A stretch of 64,000 nt of DNA. Source: a virus. Below are positions 16,827-25,800 of this stretch, piece after piece. Made by a program: the position numbers and the translations under genes. Where the stretch lies: the IMG/VR virus record IMGVR_UViG_3300045988_109836; one strand, written 5' to 3'. Under the pieces are notes generated by a model, which saw only the letters and a list, made by a program, of their open reading frames with translations, did no database searches and was not told where the DNA came from. How positions within the stretch are numbered: the first letter of the stretch is position 1; the number at the start of each line of letters is the position of its first letter.

Positions 16827-19800
16827 TTAATCATTAAAAGTAAGAGAAGCATAATATGCTGTCGCATTCTCACTATACGATGGATAAACATAACTCATAT
16901 CCCATGTGTTCCCTAAATAATTCTGGTTAATACTAAAGAATGGTCTCAATTTACCACTTCCAGAAGCGTTATATTTGTTCCAGAAATTAGTAAATCCTAC
17001 TATATTATATGGTATATTTATCCATTTACCACCATTTAGCATTTCAAAACAAAATATATTAGTAGGATGTATACCTTCTACATAGGAATTAGCAATAATC
17101 GCTCCTCCTTGTGCTCCCTTTTGTCCATTACAGAGAACAATCATTTTAGAACCATCTTTATTAAATATAACGTCAAGAACATAATAATTAGCAAGAGTGC
17201 TTCTTAATTCTGATACAAAGTTATCATTAATAGTTATTGATGTTGCAGCCCAGCCGTTTTCATTAACTAAAACGGAAGTGCTTCTTACTATATTTATTCC
17301 TTTCGACGCTCCCCCAGAACCCTTGCCAACATAAAACATAAATCTCTTATCTTTTGACATCCACACATTACCTCCCATATTGTTAGTAATAGAAGAAGGT
17401 ATGTTATTGTAACAATGCCAATATTGCAAACTACTACTACCTTTTATATAATTCCATGTAGAAGAACCTTTCCATACCAATACATAAAAATCAAAAGTTA
17501 GATTTTCTTCTGAAAAAGTCTTTTGAGGGCCGTATACAAACAATATCAATTGATGTTTGGACAGATTAATATACACTCTCTTGTAAAAGAATATATTGAT
17601 TTTTCTTCCAACAGTAGGCCCATTAACTTTTAAGCTATAAGAACTCATAGAAGAGCCGATATCCCAAGATTGAAGTCTTATACTAATTTGATTGTTATTA
17701 TTTGGTGTTTCGGGTATCGCAATTATTTCTTGACTATTAATGCTTTCATTAATTGAATTCACTTCTTCTTGTGTTACTAAAACACATAAAGAATTACGTA
17801 CAGAATAATTATTACTATTTTGAAATACTGAACCTAAAGTGCTATCATTATCGCCTTTTACATAATTTAAAAAGCCTTTTCTTATATTCAATTGCCCCCA
17901 TGTTAACCTATTTGCACCACTAAATCCACAACATACGTAGTTCAAGTTTTGAAAATCACCATTAGAAGAAGGACTTAAATAAAAACTACCTTGTATATGA
18001 CTATATCCATACAGTCTATATGAACCATTCGCTCTATTAGAATCAAAAAATGTTGAAACTCCATATACATTAGGGGAGTCAACGAAAAGAGAAGCTACCG
18101 TTTTTAGATTTATCATCTCTAATTCATTTACTTTACTGGGGTCATATGTCAATACAGCTGCACACGAACTACTTGGATATGTCTTATTTGCCTCTATAAC
18201 TGGTTCTACATATAACCCAGAATACGAATTTTTACGAGATGTTGCGTCTCTTCCGAAATTACTGCTGCTAAATTCGTCCTTCACCCACACCCCTACCTTC
18301 AGAGCCTCTATTGTTATTGTACTGTCTTGAACAAAGGAGATTGAGGTAGTGGAACGGTTCGGATAATTAAAGTTTCCTGTTCCTGTTCCTCCCCATGTCG
18401 TGCTTCCTCCAGCTTCCCACCAGTAGTTACCCGGCTTTATCTTCAAAACTACCTGTCCGCTCGTGTTTGTAGTGCCGCTGTATGATGTACTACTGTTGTT
18501 GCTTGACAACTTCACTATTACACCGCTTCCTACTCTTGAACCTGTACTCACGTTGTTTACGTTTATTGTTATCGTTACTTCACTCGGTGTCAAATTGATT
18601 GTCAAACCTCCTGTGTTATTGCTTGTCGTATTTGACGTGACGTATCTTGTAGCGGTTACTACATATCTATTTGTCAGTCCAGATACGTATACAGTTGCTT
18701 GTCCTGCGCTGTTTGTCGTTACTGTCTGTGTTGCATGTCCTGCACCTACTTCACCAGAAGTCTGGTAACTACCATTTATACCGTACATATTTATTGTAGC
18801 ACCACTTACAGCCGCACCTGTATAAATATTCCGCACTATCACCGTCATACTCTTTATTGCAGTAGAATAAAATGCTGTAGCGTCACTGTTATGTCCTATA
18901 TTGCTAAAATTATAATTAGGAGTGATGGAATACGGTGTTTCGGTTGTCGTTGTACCTGTCACGAAATAATTCGCCAATTTTGCCGTTATCGTTGTAGTAA
19001 GACCTGCTATCCATGTATATGTAGCCAAATAATACACTACGTTATTTGCCGTCAATGATACTGTTGTTGCTACTCCTGCCGTTGTAAATACTGGCTTTAC
19101 CAGATTAGCAGTTCCCCACCATCCTAATACTGGCGTCGAAAATGGTATTTTTAGCCTAAATTCTGTACCTACACTCTTCGTCAATCTTACCGCATTCTGT
19201 GTAGTAGTTGCCAAAGGCATTGTTATCGTCGTGCTTCCGGCTACCCAATAACTCGTACCACCACCCCATGACAATGTATATGAACCTACTATCATTGGAC
19301 CGAATGACACTTGACCGCTGCTGTTCGTCGTTCCGGAAAATGTAACAGAAGAAAGGCTCTTGTTCGTCAACGTTACCGGACATCCGTTCGCATTTCCTTT
19401 TACTGCTCCTTGATAGTAGTCCTTTATGGTGAATGTTATAGAAGAACTTGTCTCGCTCATTTTCAGACTGTATGGGCTTGCCTGTCCTGCTGATAATGTA
19501 CCGGATAACGAATTATAATTCGTTTTTGAGAATGAGTAGCTTCTTCCGATACCACTCCTGTATGCAGTCCAGTTACCGCTACTGTCTGTCGTTCCTGTCT
19601 GTCCGAAATAGGAACATGATACACCGCTTATGTTTGTTCCATAATTAGAACTCTTTATATTGAATGTAAGACGTGCAGTTATATTGAGCGTCATTGTCCA
19701 GGATTGATTTTCAGATACCCACGTCCATTCTTGGCTTGCATTACTATAGTAACTTGCATAGTTTTTCGACGTATAGGTGTAATTAATACCAGCATATACA

Positions 19801-22800
19801 GTATTTGACTTTTTACCGCTTCCGTCCAACGTTATTTCTCCTGCCGGGGCATTTGAACCAGTAGGTACACTTCTTACTATCACCGCCCCACTTAAAGGAT
19901 AAGTGGCGGTAATGTTTGGAATTTTCTCTACAACCGTCAATGTCACCGTCCTTGTCGTTCTGTTCATCGTCACTGTATAGGGTGATGTCTGTGTGGCGGT
20001 TACTGTTCCTACATAGTTATTGAAATACTGTGCCGTGGCAGTCATTTGTCTATCAAGTCCACTTCTGTAAAAATCTCCTCCAGATGCTTTTGTCTGTCCG
20101 AAATAGGTGATTGTTCCCAAAAGCGCATTACTTGTATTGTAAATATTTGCTACCGTATTAATAGTTATCTTCTGATTACAAGCCAGCCATACATTTATAA
20201 GTTGCCCTGCTGATGTATAGGTAATCTTCTGGCTCGCATTGCTGTAATAATTCGGTCTTGTTACTGGTGATATTGTAATAGGTGTACCAAGATAAGTCAC
20301 AAAAGATACACTACCGTTCGCATCCAACGTTAACGGACTTGTAGAAGCTGCTGGACTGAAATTCATCTTCATAGATGAGTATTGTTCCATTGCAAAATTG
20401 ACAAATGTATCTGTTCCAGAAGCTGCCTTTCTTGTTATTTTTACAGCATTTGAACCACTGCTATTGTTATATACATTTACGTTATTCATCCCTTTATCAA
20501 AAAAGAAGTCTCTATAGGCGTTTAGTATCTTGTCATAGGTACATTTACTTAAAATTGTAGCATCTGACGCATTTTGTACATTACTTCCAGTTATGTCGTA
20601 TACAGTAGCCATTTCGAGATACCATGTAACTGGTCTGCTTCCGCCATTCAGATAAAAGAAGTTGGTTGTTGAAAAACTTCCAGTAGAACCACATCTTACA
20701 TAATAGGCATAAGTATACCATCCCCCTGTTCCGTTTCCATTATTAGAATCAACCCATTTTCTTACTGTATTATCTCCTGTTGCATTACTTGCAAAAACCA
20801 ATTGTCTTCCTGCCGGAACCTTTGCTCTGAAATATGCTACAAATTCCTTGTTTGCTGCTGTTGGTGTACCAAGATAGAAGCCGCCTAATCCAGGCGTTAC
20901 GGCAGAACTTGCATCCGTAGTGATTTCAAGCATATATTTAGGAGTGACTGGTATAACTTCACTTACCGACAAACTTACTGTAGCGGTTGAACGTGTCATT
21001 ACTACATTGAAAGGTGATGCAGTGCTTGACGTTATACTGCCTCTGTAATTGCCGTGATAAGTGGCTGTAACATCTACGTTTCTTGTTACAGAACTTCTAT
21101 ACAACGACACATTACCGCTGCTGTCTGTCTTTCCCGTCTGATGGAAATATGATACCGTAGCTCCACTTAGATTTGTTCCACTCGGCACATTTGACTTGAC
21201 GTTTATAGTTATCTTTGCCGTTACCGTCAAATCCATAGTCCATGACTGGTTGGCGGCTGTATAGGTATGTTTCTGTGTCGGATTGCTGTAGAAGTTCGGA
21301 TGTCCTACTACTGTAAACGTCATTTCCGTACCTATATATCCGTTGAATGTCACTGCACCGTTCGCGTTCGTAGTAAGTGTTCCGGTTGTACTTCCTGCCG
21401 TGTATTTTATCTGCAAGTTCTGATAATAGGTTGTCTGTGCTGGCGTTACTTCTCTTACTACAAGTGTAACCGGATTGGCTGCACGTGTCATTATGATATT
21501 GAATGGGTTTGGTGAGTTGTAAGCTATCTGTCCGGTATAGGATCCCAGATTTGATGCACTTACTGATATATTACGAGTGTTAGCACTCCAATATAATACT
21601 GCATTACCGCTACTGTCTGTTGTCTTCGTTTGACTGAAATAAGTTACTGTAGCTCCCGACACATTCGTTCCAGGCACGTTGTCCTTCACATTTACAGTTA
21701 TCTGTTTTGCACAAGTGAGATTCATGTTCCATTTCTCACTGGATGTAGTAAATATATGTGTTTGTTGATAATTCGTGTAAAACGGTCTTCTGTCCGGTGC
21801 TGATATGGTGAATGTGATGGGAATACCTAAATATGCCTCAAAAGTGTTTTTACCTGCATCTACTGTTCCATTTCCTGCTGCGGATGTATAAGCAAGTGTA
21901 AAGTTGGTATTATTGTCAAGAATTACACTCGCACCACCTGGTATCACTTCATATTGCTGCACTGTCACTACATGTTTGTTTCTCAACATAGTAACATTAA
22001 GCGGTGAAGCCGTGGTAGGTGCAATGGTTCCATTTACTGTACTATAATCGTCCTTGTCAAGCGAATACTCTTTACTCAATGCAGACCTGTACAACGAAGC
22101 GTTGCCGCTCGCGTCCGTCTTCACTATCTGTTCACTGTACGCAACCGTTACACCCTGGATATTCGTTTTCGCATATACATCTTTTACATTTACAGTTATC
22201 TTTGCAGTCACATTCAAATCGAACTTCCAGATTATACCGTCTTCATTCCATGTATACTTCTGTGTTGGGTTACTGTAAAAGTTAGAGTAGGAATCAGTCG
22301 TGAACGTGTATTCGAGACCCTTAATCAATAACTCGTTCGTATATCCGTTCTCATCCAATGTCAATTTTATTGTTCCTGCCCTGGAAGTCATTGTTACAGT
22401 CTTATTTGCAAGAAACGCTCTTCCCGCTGTACCGTATATTTCCGATACCTGTATACCTGCGTTAATCAGTTCGTATTGTACTTCTACATCCAACACTGTG
22501 CCATTCTCATTCTGCGGATGTATGAATGTATCTGTAGTAACTTCACCTGCAAGTACGGAATAGGTGTAATTACCTATCGGAACATTCTGCATCGTAACTA
22601 CACCGTTCGCGTTCGTTTCACCCTCAAACACGAGGTCTTTCAATACAGTGTTTTGTATTCTTACCAAAATTCCGTCCGGTGGTAAAACTCCTTGTGTAGA
22701 AACATTGAACGTTACCGGATATGACTTTGCAGCCAATTCTATATCCATTCTCGTTTCCGAACCCGTAGGCTTGAAATTCCCGGTCTTGGTTGTATAATAT

Positions 22801-25800
22801 TGCTTACTTGCACTGTAAGACATATTTACTGGAGACAGATACATATACACTATCCCGTCTGTATTTGTCGTTTGTGTCTGATTTACAGACATTCCGCTAA
22901 ATACAACCGTTACTCCACTCAATTTCCCGTACAAGTCGGAAATCACATATACCGGAATTCTCTTTGAACATGTATATACAAGGTCTTTTGTATTCGCATC
23001 TCTATAATTGATTATAGCTGTTGTACCGTTGCCGGAATAGAATCCTACTGGCTGCACCTGGAAACGTTCTGCAATCCCTGCATATACTGTTTTTGTAAAT
23101 TGTCCGCTTGCATTCGTCGTTACGTTCACACCGGAAGATGTACTATTGTCGTTGTAATAGCATGCAAGAACAAGACCTGTCTTTACCGGATTTGATGCTG
23201 TAGTCGAAATAGAGGGTATTATTTCTTTTACCGTGAATGTGACTGATTTTGTTCTTCTTGTTAATACTGCTGAATGTGTCTTGTCCGTAGGCAGATAGAT
23301 GTTTTCTGTCTTGCTGTTGAAATTACTGTTTCCTCCTCCATAGGTTATCGTATAATTTCCAGGCGGTATATTGAAATTTCCATTTCCTTGCGATATCAAT
23401 TGTCCGCTTGCATTCGTTGTTCCAGAAAAACTATATGCTTGTGAAGATGTTCCACCCCATGCACTCGTAACCGTTACCGGACAACTTTCTGCTGCTTTTG
23501 AATAGGGATTATTTGCTGTCAACGTCAGACTGAATGTCATTGCAGCATAACCCATGATTATATCTATATAGTCAACCGACAACGGGGGTGTAAATGTTCC
23601 GGTCTTTTTCGTATGGTCTGCCACTGTACACTCGTAGCTCATTGCGATAGGTGAGATATACACTCTTGCTGAACCATCACTTCCGGACGTAACGGTTTGA
23701 GGCAGTGACATTCCGGACACCTTTATAGTCGCATTTTCAAGCGGTCTTAGAGTGTTCTGCTGTTTTACTCTTAATTCAAGTCTTTTTGAAGCTGTTATTT
23801 CCATGAGTGTAGGTACACTCGCTCCGAAATCCCAGTTCTTAATCAGCAACCCTTCGTTCTCATAGAAGCCTTTCTGTTTGATTGTCAACTGATAATCAAT
23901 ACCTGGCATTACTTCCGGAAATATCTTGCCTTGTGCGTTTGTCGTATATTCTTTTACTGTACTATTGTACATATTTTTTACTGACACGACAATTCCTGCT
24001 TTTACCGGATTGAAATTCAGTGCAGCCTTTTGTTCTGCCACTATCTTAACGGTTACCTGGCTTACTGGTGTTGTTATCGTCACATCCACATAGAAAGACC
24101 TTGCAGCCGCATCACGTGTAGTGTTCGGCTGCACTGTCAGTACGGAACCCTTAAATGATGCTATATCGTCACTTGACACGTTAAACGTCAATTCTGCGCC
24201 ACCATCTGCAAAATTATATGGTTCGTCCTCACCGCCTAACTCTACCCGTCTGAATGTCTTTATATAGTCCATCAAGTCAAACGTTGCCCCTTTGTTGGGT
24301 ATGATTAGGTTTTCGGGTGTATGGACTATATAATAATAGCTATCGTTCGACAACGTTTCTGCCGTATTCTCACCATTGAATCTTACTGTCGTCGCGTCAC
24401 CAGATACACCAGGTATACTTTCGATTACATCTACTTCCGGCTCTATCTCCTTTCTCGTCATAGTGAAAGGAAGTTCTATGTCTTTCAGCTTTTCAAGTGT
24501 TACCGCCTGGTTTTCTACCGCATTGTAATATCTATGCGAAGCGTTCCAAGTATATTCCCCCGCCTCTGCTCCAAGCAACAACACGCCTATATCGTTCGTA
24601 TAGCCGGAATCCACCTTTATTCCCGTACCCTTGTTTATCAATTCGATATATACTCCAGAAATAGGGTCTTTTGTTATTGCGTCTGTCGCAGTGTATGTTA
24701 TTACCGTGTCCCTCAACTCTAAAAAGATTGTTTCGGGTACATCCTGGTCCTTAATAGTCACCGTTCCGGTATATCTCTTGTAATTTCTGTGTGTTACCGT
24801 ATATTCATAATCACCATTGGGTAATGTTATACTCGATACACCATTGACATTCGTTATATGCGTTTCTCCGTTAATCTGGATTTCCGCACCTTGTATGTAG
24901 TTACCGTTCTCTATGTCTCTGACAGTTAGTCTGAATGTATAGAATGCCTGTTCAAGTTCAATTATTTTTGATACCTCCGTACCATCCACAACAACGAAGT
25001 CGTTGACCGACATATAACCGGACTTAAAAGCGGTATATTCGTATGTTCCATTAGGAAGGCTGACAATCGCCACACCTTCTGAATCTGTTAAATATGTCGA
25101 TTCGTTGATTTTTATTGTCGCTCCTTCCAACACCATTTGTGTTGCCGCATCCAATACGGTAAACTTTATGGCATACGGAATCGCGGTCATTTCAACAAGT
25201 ATACAATTAGGGTCTTCTGCCGTTACCTCAATCTCCTTGTTGAGTTCTTGGTAGTCCTTTTTTACTACCTTCATTTCATACCTTCCTGTCTGCAATCCGA
25301 TTGTTGCCTGCCCTTCCTTGTCTGTTGTCTCTGTAATATCCTTTATGATAATATCGGCTTCCGGAACATAAATATTTCTATTTCTGTCTATTACAGCAAA
25401 ATTAACTTCCTTGGTTGTAAGAAACATTCTTTGGAATACCTCTACTGGCTGGTTTTCTACTGTAAAAACACTCTCTATAGTTTGAAAACCTGCCTTCTCT
25501 AAAGTGTATTCGTATATACCAGGTTCGAGACTTATTGTCGCTGTTCCGTCCTCTCCTGTTTCAGATGTGTAAACACTTGTCTTTACCGTAACACCTTGTA
25601 ACGGTGCTTCTCCTTCATATACAGTAAACGTTACTGGATAAGGTGTTGCAACAAAATCGTTTATATTTATGTATATAGGGTTGTTCAAAACCACAAACTC
25701 ACCCTTCTTTTGAGTCCAGTTCGTTTTTGAAAGGATGTATTCATATTCCCCGTTTTCGAGAAGAATGTTTGCCGTACCGTTACTGTCCGTAATGATTACC

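Larger units (their letters stand above)
15240..18360. other. invertible DNA segment (tail-fibre C-terminus switch), including both repeat arms
   Basis: Two convergent 484-codon cassettes are separated by a bidirectional terminator and bounded by the 81-bp inverted repeats. Each arm is in frame with one cassette. Only one cassette is joined to the fibre gene body in this orientation. Confidence 0.8.
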
